A stretch of 64,000 nucleotides of DNA from an uncultured Alphaproteobacteria bacterium (GTDB taxonomy: Bacteria; Pseudomonadota; Alphaproteobacteria; Rhizobiales; Xanthobacteraceae): the NCBI GenBank assembly GCA_963841575.1, contig CAWJDC010000006.1, positions 256,835-320,834 of the forward strand. Reading direction: 5' to 3'. Below the pieces are notes generated by a model. It had not been told where the DNA came from, did no database searches, and saw only the letters and a program-made list of their open reading frames with translations. The position numbers were made by a program, and so were the translations under genes. Below are positions 45,571-54,772 of the stretch, piece by piece (the stretch's first letter is position 1; each line of letters opens with the position of its first letter).

Positions 45571-46904
45571 ATGCAGACCACCTTCACTCTCGCCCAGCTT
45601 GCCGATCCGGATGTGGCGGAATCGGAAAAGATCCTGCGCGCCTGCGTGCATTGCGGCTTCTGCACCGCGACCTGTCCGACCTACGTGCTGGACGGCAACG
45701 AACTCAATTCGCCGCGCGGCCGCATCTACCTGATCAAGGACATGCTGGAGAACGACCGGCCGGCGACCGCGGAGGTCGACCGAGCATATCGACCGCTGCC
45801 TGTCGTGCCTCGCCTGCATGACGACGTGCCCGTCCGGCGTGCACTACATGCATCTCGTCGACCATGCCCGGGTCCATATCGAGCAGACCTACCGCCGGCC
45901 GCTGAGCGAGCGCCTGCTGCGCGCGCATGCTGGCCAAGCTGATGCCCTATCCGCGCCGTTTCCGGCTCGCGCTCGCTGCGGCGCTGCTCGCCAAGCCGCT
46001 TGGCGCCGCTGTTCGAAGCGCTCGGGTTGAAGCGGCTGGCGGCCATGCTGCGGCTCGCGCCGTGGCACGGTCCGCAGCGTCCGCTGCCGCCGCAGACGTT
46101 TCCGGCCGCCGGCGCGCGCAAAGGCCGCGTCGCGCTGCTCGCCGGCTGCGTCAACGACGTGCTGGCGCCGCAGATCAACGCCGCCGCCATCCGCGTGCTG
46201 ACGCGGCACGGCATCGAGGTGGTGGTGGCGCAGGGCGCCGGCTGCTGCGGCTCGCTGGTCCATCACATGGGCCGCGAGGAGGAAGCGCTGGCGCAGGCGC
46301 GCGCCAATATCGACGCCTGGACCGCGATCGAGGGCCTCGACGCCATCGTGATCACCGCGTCGGGCTGCGGCACGACGGTGAAGGATTACGGCTTCATGCT
46401 GCGCACCGATTCGGCCTATGCCGAGCGCGCCGGCCCGCGTCGCCAGCCTCGCCAAGGACATCACCGAATATCTCGCCGACGCTGCCGCTGACGGCCGGTC
46501 GCAGGACGCGCCGGCCTCGTCGTCGCCTATCATGCCGCCTGCTCGCTGCAGCACGGACAGCGCATAACGCGCCAGCCGAAAGAACTGCTCGCCAAACTTG
46601 GCTTCGTCGTGAAAGACATTCCCGAAGGTCATCTGTGCTGCGGCTCGGCCGGCACCTACAATATTCTGCAGCCCGACATCGCAAGAAGGTTGCGCGAGCG
46701 CAAAGTCGGGACTATCGAGAGATTGCGACCTGATGTGATTGCAGCAGGCAATATCGGCTGCATCACGCAGATCGCGGCGGGCACGGACCTTCCGGCCGTC
46801 CACACGGTCGAGTTGATCGATTGGGCCACCGGGGGGCCCTGTCCGCACAAGCTCCGGGCGCATTCGCCGGCATGCGGCGATGGGCCCTTCCACGGCAGCG
46901 AGCT
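45571..46904 (+). pseudogene. glcF: Glycolate oxidase iron-sulfur subunit GlcF, at least 4 frameshifts; 3' end uncertain
   Basis: The ATG lies 2 nt after the glcE stop. Fe-S motifs [12 protein letters not shown] and [15 protein letters not shown]-domain pieces GCCGSLVHHMG and HLCCGSAGTYNIL. A G6 run at about 46833 is a likely indel site before the C-terminus. Confidence 0.85.
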
Positions 46905-46991
46905 GAGCGCGGGGCTTTCAAGTCGTGCGCGTACCGGTCTCCCACGGGGGCCGACGGATTTCGACTCTGGCAGCAGATCGGGAGGACGATC

Positions 46992-47306
46992 ATGGCGAAG
47001 AAGGCAAAAGCGAAGAAGAAACGGGCGACGAAGAAGAAGGCCGCTCCGGCGCGAAGAAGAAGAAGACAATGAAGGCGGTCGCGAAGAAATCGGCGCCGAA
47101 GAAAGCGGCACCGAAGAAGGCGGCAAAGAAGTCCGCGCCGAAGAAAGCAATGAAGCCGATGACCAGAAGGCGGCGCCGAAGCGCAAGGCTCCGGCACGCA
47201 AGCCGGCGCCCGCCATGATGCCTGCGGCAGAGCCGGCTCCGGCTCCGTCCTGGCCGCCGCCGATCGGGCTCAGGCATGGACAGCAGCGACGGCGAAAGCC
47301 AGCTAG
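46992..47306 (+). pseudogene. Lys/Ala-rich histone H1-like repetitive protein (about 2 frameshifts; 3' end uncertain)
   Basis: RBS ggagga. MAKKAKAKKKRATKKKAAPA / KKSAPKKAAPKKAAKKSAPKKAMKP / KAAPKRKAPARKPAPA, spread over three frames. The underlying DNA is a tandem gcgccgaagaaagc-type repeat. Confidence 0.55.
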
Positions 47307-47505
47307 GCGTTCTTCGCACAATCGGAAGCCGCGGCGCTTGGCGGTGACCCATCGCCGCGCTTCCTGCGCGTATTCGATCGACCCGTATTGCAGCGGCTCG
47401 GTCGACGCATAAATAGCATTAGTCGGCACATAGGATGGGCGGCGAGGCGATCGTCGGTCCAAGGCCGGTGATGTCCGGCCGTTTCGCTATTCGTGGAGGT
47501 GCGTT

Positions 47506-48579
47506 ATGCCGGCGACCTACAATATCCTGCTGATGGGCGCGTCCTACGGCTCGCTGCTCGCTTCCAAGCTCCTGTTCGGCGGGCCACTAGATCCATCTGG
47601 TCTGCCTGCCGGCGGAAGCCGATCTGATCAACGCCGAGGGCTTCAGCGTGCGCCTGCCGGTGCGCGGCCGCAAGGATCCGGTCGTGCTCGACTCCCGCAA
47701 GCTGCCCGGCAAGGTGACGGCCGGGCCGGCCACCGGCGTCAATCCCAAGGACTACGATCTGGTCGGCTTGTGCATGCAGGAGCCGCAATATCGCTCGCCC
47801 GGCGTGCGCGAACTGCTGGACGCGGTGGCAAAATCGCGGGTGCCGTGCATGTCGATCATGAACATGCCGCCGCTGCCCTACGTGAAGCGCATCCCGGGCT
47901 TGGATTACGAGGCGCTCAAGCCGGCCTACACCGATCCGAGCGTCTGGGACTCGTTCGATCCGGCGACCATCACGCTCAACAGCCCCGACCCGCAGGCGAT
48001 CCGGCCGCCGGACGAGAAGGCCAACGTGCTGATGGTCACGCTGCCGACCAATTTCAAATGCGCGCGGTTCGACGACGAAAAATCCACCGCCATCCTGCGC
48101 CAGCTGCAGGATGACATCGAAGCGATCCGCTTCGACACGCCCGAGGGCAAGATCGAGCTGCCGGTCAAGCTCAAGGTCTACGATTCGATCTTCGTGCCGC
48201 TCGCCAAATGGGCGATGCTGCTGGCCGGCAACTATCGCTGCGTCACCAAGGACGGCATGCGCACGCCCAGGAGGCGGTGCACAGCGACATCGAGACCTCG
48301 CGCTCGGTCTACAATTTCGTGTTCGATCTGTGCGTCAAGCTCGGCGCCAAGCCGGAGGATCTGGTGCCGTTCGAGAAATATGCCGCCGCGGCGCAGTCGC
48401 TGACCCGTCCGGCTTCGGCGGCGCGCGCGCTGCAGAACGGCGCGCCCAATATCGAGCGCGCCGACAAGCTGGTTCAGCTGATCGCCAAGCAGAAGGGCTT
48501 GAGCAATCCGGCGATCGACGCCCAGGTCGCGCTGGTCGACGCCCGGCTCGAGGCCAACCGCAAGAAGGCGGCGGCCTAG
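47506..48579 (+). pseudogene. Ketopantoate-reductase-like NAD(P)-binding protein of unknown function, 2 frameshifts
   Basis: Rossmann-like start MPATYNILLMGASYGSLLASKLLFGG. Long conserved-looking body ...VPCMSIMNMPPLPYVKRIPGLDYEALKPAYTDPSVWDSFDP.... The function call is weak. Confidence 0.5.
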
Positions 48580-48645
48580 GCTGCATAGAAGTTCCGGGTT
48601 TCCCGGGGGCGCGAATCAGGCGCTCCCAGACGCCCGTGCCGTCGA

Positions 48646-48928
48646 TCAGTTGACCTCGACGTCCTGCCAGAAGCCGAAGCGGTCCGCGACCGCTTTCATC
48701 TCCGGCCGCGGCGCTTCGTAGGACCAGGCGGCGCGCTGGTGCCGCTTGCCGGCGACGACGACGTCGTAGAACTGCACGCCATGCGGACAGGCGTGATCGC
48801 TCTCGGTCTTTTCGGCTTTTTCCAGCCAATCCATGCGCACCGCGCGAGCGCGGAAAGTACTGATAGCCTTTGCATTCGATGATATCGTTGCTCTGGGCAA
48901 CCACTTGTCCGTCGACAGTCGCCTTCAT
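48646..48928 (-). pseudogene. DUF427 domain-containing protein, one frameshift
   Basis: RBS ggaga. MKATVDGQVVAQSNDIIECKGYQYFP joins VRMDWLEKAEKTESDHACPHGVQFYDVVVAGKRHQRAAWSYEAPRPEMKAVADRFGFWQDVEVN*. Confidence 0.7.
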
Positions 48929-49228
48929 GCTCCGATCTCCATGTGGCCTCTCAACCGCGAGCCCATGATAGCGCAAATAGCCATTGCGATCAGAATGTTT
49001 GGACCTGACGAATAGTGTATCTCGCGCGCCACACTGTCGAGGAATGCGTTAGGCGCGCACAAAACCGCATAAAAAGGCAGCAATTGCTGCAGTTTTGAAC
49101 TTGGCTCCGAGACGGCGTCCAGCAAACATTTCAGCACGTGTTCTGCGTATGGCGTCGAGCGAAACGCTCAGTGCCGGTTCATTGGTGGGGGTCACCAGCC
49201 GTGTGCAGTCAGGGAAAAGGGGCAAAAA

Positions 49229-50185
49229 ATGAAAAAGCTGGCTTATTCGTTGGTTCTGTTGCGGCCGGATTGGCGTCGTCCTCCGTTTTCGCCGCCGACA
49301 TGGCGGTCAAAGACTCCGGCGGCGGCCCCGGCTCCAGCAACACCGTGTGGGACGTCGTGATCACCGCCGCGTTGATGACGGACTACAATTTCCGCGGCGT
49401 CACCCAGTCGAATCACGGCCGTCGACCCAGGCCGGCTTCGAGCCGCGCTACAACTTCAACGCGAACCTGCCAGGGCTATGGCGGCGTCTCGGGTGAGAGC
49501 ATCGACTTCCCGAATCGCGCTGCAGCCGAAGTCGATCTCTACGGCGGCATCCGTCCGACCTTCGACAAGCTCGCCCTCGATTTCGGCTTCTGGTACTACT
49601 CCTACCCAGGCGGCCAATGCTACAATTCGGCGATCGCCGGTTGTTCTGGCTAGCCTGCCGAACGGCAATGTCATCAAAAAGGATTGAGCTTCTACGAGTT
49701 TACGGCAAGGCCACCTATACGGTGAACGACAACTTCAATTTCGGCGGCAGCGAGTGGTACTCGCCCTCTGTGCTCAACACCGGCGCTGATGGACTCTACT
49801 ACGCCGGCAACGTGACCTTCACCGCTCCGACCACTTGGTTCACCAACGGCGTTGGCGCCTATGTGTCCGGTGATCTCGGCTACTGGAATCTCGGCACCAG
49901 CGACTCGTTCTACGGCCGGTTCGCAGGCTTCCCGAACGGCATTCCCTACAAGAGCTATGCCAACTGGGACGCTGGCTCGGCTTCACCTCAAGGTGTTTAC
50001 GCTTGATCTGCGCTACTACGACACCGACCTGGGCCAGGGCGATTGCAACGCCTTCACCAGCGCTCAGACCGCCAGCGGCGTGGCCAGCACGCCGATCAAC
50101 CCGGGCGGCCCCGGCATCCAACTGGTGCGGCCCGGCTTACATCGCCAAGCTGTCGATCGCGACATCGGTCAACGCGCTGAAATAA
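49229..50185 (+). pseudogene. Outer-membrane beta-barrel porin (Bradyrhizobiaceae porin family), about 4 frameshifts
   Basis: MKK..FVGSVAAGLASSSVFAADMAVK; TDYNFRGVTQSNHG; EVDLYGGIRPTFDKLALDFGFWYYSYPG; FYEFYGKATYTVNDNFNFGGSEWYSPSVLNTGADGLYYAGN; TLDLRYYDTDL; AYIAKLSIATSVNALK*. Confidence 0.75.
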
Positions 50186-50209
50186 CCGGCCGGATATGTC
50201 TTCACAATG

Positions 50210-50247
50210 GCGGGCGGTCGCGGAAACGCTGCCGCCCGCTTCATTTT
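50210..50247 (+). terminator. Intrinsic terminator after the porin gene
   Basis: gcgggcgg-tcgcggaaacgctg-ccgcccgc followed by ttcatttt. Confidence 0.55.
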
Positions 50248-50292
50248 GAGGCCGTGCAAGATCGTCAGGTACCGGCTTTCGCACCGGCCTCG

Positions 50293-52057
50293 TCACTCTG
50301 CCGCCGGAGCCAGCGGCACGTCGCGCACCTGATAGAGCGACCGATCTCGGACCATCGACGCGGCGGCGATGGAAGGCGCCGAGCGTCGAGCGATGGCCGA
50401 TCGAGATGATCGTCGTGCCCTTGAGCCGATCCTGCAGGAGCCGGTAGAGCATCGCCTCGGCCGGCTCGTCGAGCGACGCGGTCGCTTCGTCGAGGAACAG
50501 ATAATCGGGCGCTTGAAGCAGCGCGCGCGCGATCGCGAGCCGCTGCTGCTCGCCGAGCGACAGCATGCGGTTCCAGTGCGCCTCCTCGTGGAGCCGCGTC
50601 ACCATGCCAGGCAGGCCGACCGCGGTAAGCGCGTCGGCCAGACGGGCGTCGTCGAAAGTGCCGATCTTGCCCGGATAGGTGATGGCGGCGGCCAGCGTCG
50701 CCACCGGGAAATACGGCCGCTGCGGCACCAGCATGACCTTGGCGTCCGGTCGGCACGCGTCACTTCGCCGGACCCGAACGGCCAGATGCCGGTGATGGCG
50801 CGGAACAGCGTCGATTTGCCGGCTCCCGACGGGCCGGTGACCAGAACACGCTCGCCGGCGCTGAACGCCAAGTGCTCGGCATTGACCAGCGGTTCGCCGT
50901 CGGGCAGGCGGACGTGAAGATGATCGATCGCGAGTGCCGTGGCGCCGTCGCGCGGCGCGACCTCGATCGCCGGCTGGATCGAGCGCTGCGGCGCGGCCGG
51001 CCGCGATCGCCTGCTCGAAGCCGGACAAGCGCGTCACCACCGCCTGATATTGCGCGATCGACTGGTAGGCGGTGACGAAATAGGACAGCGCGGTCTGCAC
51101 GCTGTTGAAGGCGGACGCCGGTCTGCATCAGGCCGCCGAGCTGCATGGCGCCGGCGAAATAAGCCGGGCTGACCATCAGATAGGGAAAAATCACCGAGGC
51201 CTGCGAATAGCTCTGGGTGAAGAACGTCAGCTTCTTCTGCCGCTGCATGATGGCGATCCAGTTGTCGACAAGCAGGCTGAAGCGGTCGAGATGCCGCTCG
51301 CGTTCGGCGGCTTCGCCGTGCAGCGCGGCGATCTGCTCGGAATTTTCGCGCGTGCGCACGAGATTGAAGCGGAAATCGGCTTCGAAACGCTGCTGCTGGA
51401 AATTGAGCGGGATCAGCGGCCAGCCGATCAGGTGCGTGAGCGAGGTGCCGATCGCGGCATAGATCAGCGCCGCCCAGACCAGATAGCCCGGGATGTTGAA
51501 GTCCGCCGAACAGATGCAGCGGCGCGTGCTCCGACAGGCTCCAGAGGATGACGACGAACGAGCACAGCGTCACGACCGCATTGAGCAGGCCGATGCCGAT
51601 CGAGAGCGTACTCTGGACGAACATCTGCAGGTCTTCGGCGATACGCTGATCCGGGTTGTCGGCGGCGTCGCCGAGAAGCTGCATGCGGTAGTGGTTGGCG
51701 GTATTGAGCCACTGCCGCAGATAGGTCTGCGTCATCCAGCGCCGCCAGCGGATCTGCAGCCAAAGATTGAGATAGTTCTGATAGACCGCGAGCACCGTAT
51801 AGATCGCAGCGAGCACGCAGAAGAACAGGATAGCGCTGACGAAGGCCGTCCAGTTGTGGTCCTGCAGCGTATTGTAAAAGCGATTGTACCATTGGTTGAG
51901 GATCACCTGGATGCGCGACGATCGACAGCTCGATCGCGATCACGGCGGCGAGCAGGATGCGTCCTGGCCAGCGATCCTCCGAGCGATAATAGGGAATGGA
52001 CAGCCGCCAGATGGTGGCCAGCGTTGAAGCAAGGCGTTTCACGAAAGACCTCCACAA
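50293..52057 (-). pseudogene. SbmA/BacA-family ABC transporter (fused permease + ATPase; BclA/YddA-like), at least 6 frameshifts
   Basis: TM domain: LNQWYNRFYNTLQDHNWTAFVSAILFFCVLAAIYTVLAVYQNYLNLWLQIRWRRWMT...DNPDQRIAEDL. ATPase: Walker A LVTGPSGAGKSTLFRAI, signature LSLGEQQRLAIARALL, Walker B YLFLDEATASLD. The start codon is uncertain (TTG at 52057 or GTG at 52042). The stop was reconstructed at 50293-50295. Confidence 0.8.
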
Positions 52058-52464
52058 TAGGGGGCGGAAAAGGGGGAATGGACGCGTAGCAATGACCCAG
52101 GACGCAGTAAGCCGGACCGCGAAGCGTCGCGTCGTAGTGCGTCACGATCAAGTAGCGGCCATCGGATCGCTGATGATCGACCTTTGGCATATTGCGAGGT
52201 TTTCATGGTGCACCGCAGTATCACAGCGTCCTCGGTTCGGGCAGTGCCTTGTGCGACACCCTGCCACGCTCGCGCAACGGCAGCTTGTCGCGGAACTCGC
52301 TTAATTTGCCTGGGGGTGACAACGAATCTTGCTTTCTTCATGTCGGGCGAAGGAGCATTCTCGCTTGTCGCGCATTCGGCGATCGAACTGCGAGACAACA
52401 AAAATTGAGTAAGGGTCCTCACAACAAAAGTTGAATGCAGGGCCCTCGTCGGGGAGGACTATCC

Positions 52465-54102
52465 ATGTTCACGCAAATTCTCGATCCCACAGGAAACCTG
52501 TTTCTGACTTGGTTGGTTGCACTGATTCCGGTCGTGCTCCTGCTGTTTCTTGCTTGCCGGCCTGCGCATGTCGGCGTGGGCGGCGGTGCTAATCGGCTCG
52601 ATCGTCACCTTCCTGCTTGGCTTGTGGGTCTGGAAGATGCCGCTCGACGACGGGATACGTGCCTACATTTACGGCTCCGCCACGGGTGTATGGAACGTCG
52701 ACTGGATCACGTTTTGGGGAGTGATGCTCTTCAACACCCTGGTGACGACAGGCTCGTTCGACAAATTGCGCCGCTGGCTGGTGCAGCAGGGCACCCGGGA
52801 CGTGCGGGTGCAGACCATTCTGTTCGCTTGGGCCTTCGGGGCCTTGCTCGAAGGGCTGGTCGGCTTCGGCTACCCTTGGGCCTTCGTCGCGCCCATCCTG
52901 ATCGCGATCGGCATTCCCGATCTTGACGCCATTCGCGTCGCCGCCATCGCCAATAATGCGCCGGTTTCCTACGGTGCCTTGGGGCGCCGATCATCGCGCT
53001 CGCGACGGTCACCGCCGGCACGCTGGGCATGAGTTTCCAGGACCTGCTGCCGATCTATTCGGCGTCGGTCGGCAAAATCGTCGCCATCCTGGCGCTGCTG
53101 CCGCCCTGGATCCTGCTCTACCTCGTCTCGGGCCGCCAAGGCATGTGGTCGGCGTGGCCGCTCGCCATCGTCGGCTCGCTCGGCTACATCGCCGGGCAGT
53201 TGCCGACCGCGATCTATCTCGGGCCCTATCTGCCGGACGTGATCGGCTCGATCATTTGCTTTGCGGTCCTGCTGCTCCTGCTCAAGGTCTGGCGGCCGGC
53301 GCAAGTGCTGGCCTATGGCGGCGCACCGGCGACGGGCGACATGCAGGCGGAGGCGCATGGGCTCTCCGCCGGCGACATCGGCATGGCGTGGCTGCCGATT
53401 GCTGTTCTGATCGCGGTGGTCGTTGCTTGGACCGGACCGTGGTCGCACTTGCCCGGGGTCGTCGTGCTGCACTACGCCGTTGTCGCCCATTCGGCGATCA
53501 CGCCGGGTGCAACGATCTCGGCGATCTTCAACTGGACGCCGTTCGTCGGCGGCACGGCGATTCTCGCGTCCTGGATCATCGTGGTGCTGCTGCTGCGCGT
53601 CAGCATGAGCCAGATCAGCGCGATCTTCGCCAAAACCTGGTCGCAGATGTGGGGCGCCTGCCTCGTCGGCGTTTTCATCTTCGGCCTCGCCTACGTGTTC
53701 AACTACTCGGGCATGGCCGGCTCGCTCGCCAGCGCCTTTTCCAAGCTAGGGCCGGCCTTCATCATCGTGGCGCCGATCCTGGGTTTCATCGGCGTTGCTT
53801 TGTCGGGCAGCAATACTTCGACCAACGCGATGTTCGGCGCGTTCCAGGCGCTGGTCGGCAAGGTGCTCGGCTTCCCCTTGATCTTGCTGCCGGCGCTCAA
53901 CTCGGTCGGCGCCGAGATCGGCAAACCGATTGCACCGCAAACCGCAAGTGTCGGCGTGTCGACCAGCAAGTTCGTCCGCAACGAAGGCGAGGTTATCCGC
54001 CACAATTTCGGCTGGTGCCTCGTGCTGCTGGCTTACCTCGTGATCATCGGGGTGGCCTGCTATCTGTTCTTCCCGCAAATTGCGGTCCTGCCGACACACT
54101 AA
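52465..54102 (+). pseudogene. L-lactate/glycolate permease (LctP family), 2 frameshifts
   Basis: RBS ggggagga. MFTQILDPTGNLFLTWLVALIPVV...; GVWNVDWITFWGVMLFN; FGALLEGLVGFGYPWAFVAPILIAIG; ...GVALSGSNTSTNAMFGAFQ. Confidence 0.85.
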
Positions 54103-54295
54103 ACCGCACTATGCCCAAAGCGTTGCCTGGGGCCGCCATTTGGCGGCCCCATTTTTATTGGCTTGCGGAGCGGAACACTGGATACGGGAAATATACTTGA
54201 CGCGGGCCGCGTCGCTGCGGCCTAGATCGTCGCGCGCAGCGATCCGGCCGCGCATTTTTGCGCGCCGCGAATTTGCGCGCACGGAACTGGAGACG

Positions 54296-54712
54296 ATGAT
54301 GGTGTGTCTGCGCTGGTGTGCCGCGTGCTGGCTCGTTGGTTTCGTGGTGTCGCGTGCGATCCTGCCCGTTGCCGCAAGCGAGAGCACATTTCCGTTCGAC
54401 CAGGAACTGATGCTCGATGTTGCACCCATGCATGGCTCCAAGCGCATCCCGATGCTGGAGATCGACGAGAATGGCGCCGCCACGATCGATCTGTGGTGCA
54501 CGAGCGTACGTGCCGCTGCCACCGTCGGCGACGGCACCATCAGCATCGCCGCCGACTCGCCCCAGCCGGCGCAGTGCACGCCGGATCGCCAAAGCGGCGA
54601 CGACAGCTTGCTGGCGGCGCTCGCCCAGGTTACCGGCTGGCGTCGCAACGGCGACCTCGTCGAGCTCATCGGCGCCACCACGCCGCTGCGTTTCCGCCTG
54701 ATGACGAATTAA
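54296..54712 (+). CDS. Hypothetical secreted protein (138 aa)
   Basis: RBS ggaga and hydrophobic N-terminus MMVCLRWCAACWLVGFVVSRAILPVAA. Two further Cys residues (LWCTS, AQCTP). The tail LAALAQVTGWRRNGDLVELIGATTPLRFR is faintly META/HslJ-like. No firm family. Confidence 0.45.
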   Translation: MMVCLRWCAACWLVGFVVSRAILPVAASESTFPFDQELMLDVAPMHGSKRIPMLEIDENGAATIDLWCTSVRAAATVGDGTISIAADSPQPAQCTPDRQSGDDSLLAALAQVTGWRRNGDLVELIGATTPLRFRLMTN

Positions 54713-54772
54713 GTTTGTCGGCCGCGGCAGCAAGAGGCCGGGCCGCGTCTGCTGGGGAGAGCCACGGCGGTT

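Noticed and set aside
46609-47462. Long + ORF fusing the glcF C-terminus to the Lys/Ala-rich gene, and a 268-aa antisense ORF
   Set aside because: The fusion arises from lost stops after indels (a G6 run near 46833). The antisense ORF is Ser/Pro/Leu-rich low complexity mirroring the AAG/GCG repeats.
52058-52422. Small minus-strand ORFs (MPKVDHQRSDGRYLIVTHYDATLRGPAYCVLGHCYA…, MKKARFVVTPRQIK…) between the ABC transporter and the lactate permease
   Set aside because: They have no RBS, no recognisable family, and overlapping alternative frames. They cannot be told apart from chance ORFs in a promoter region.
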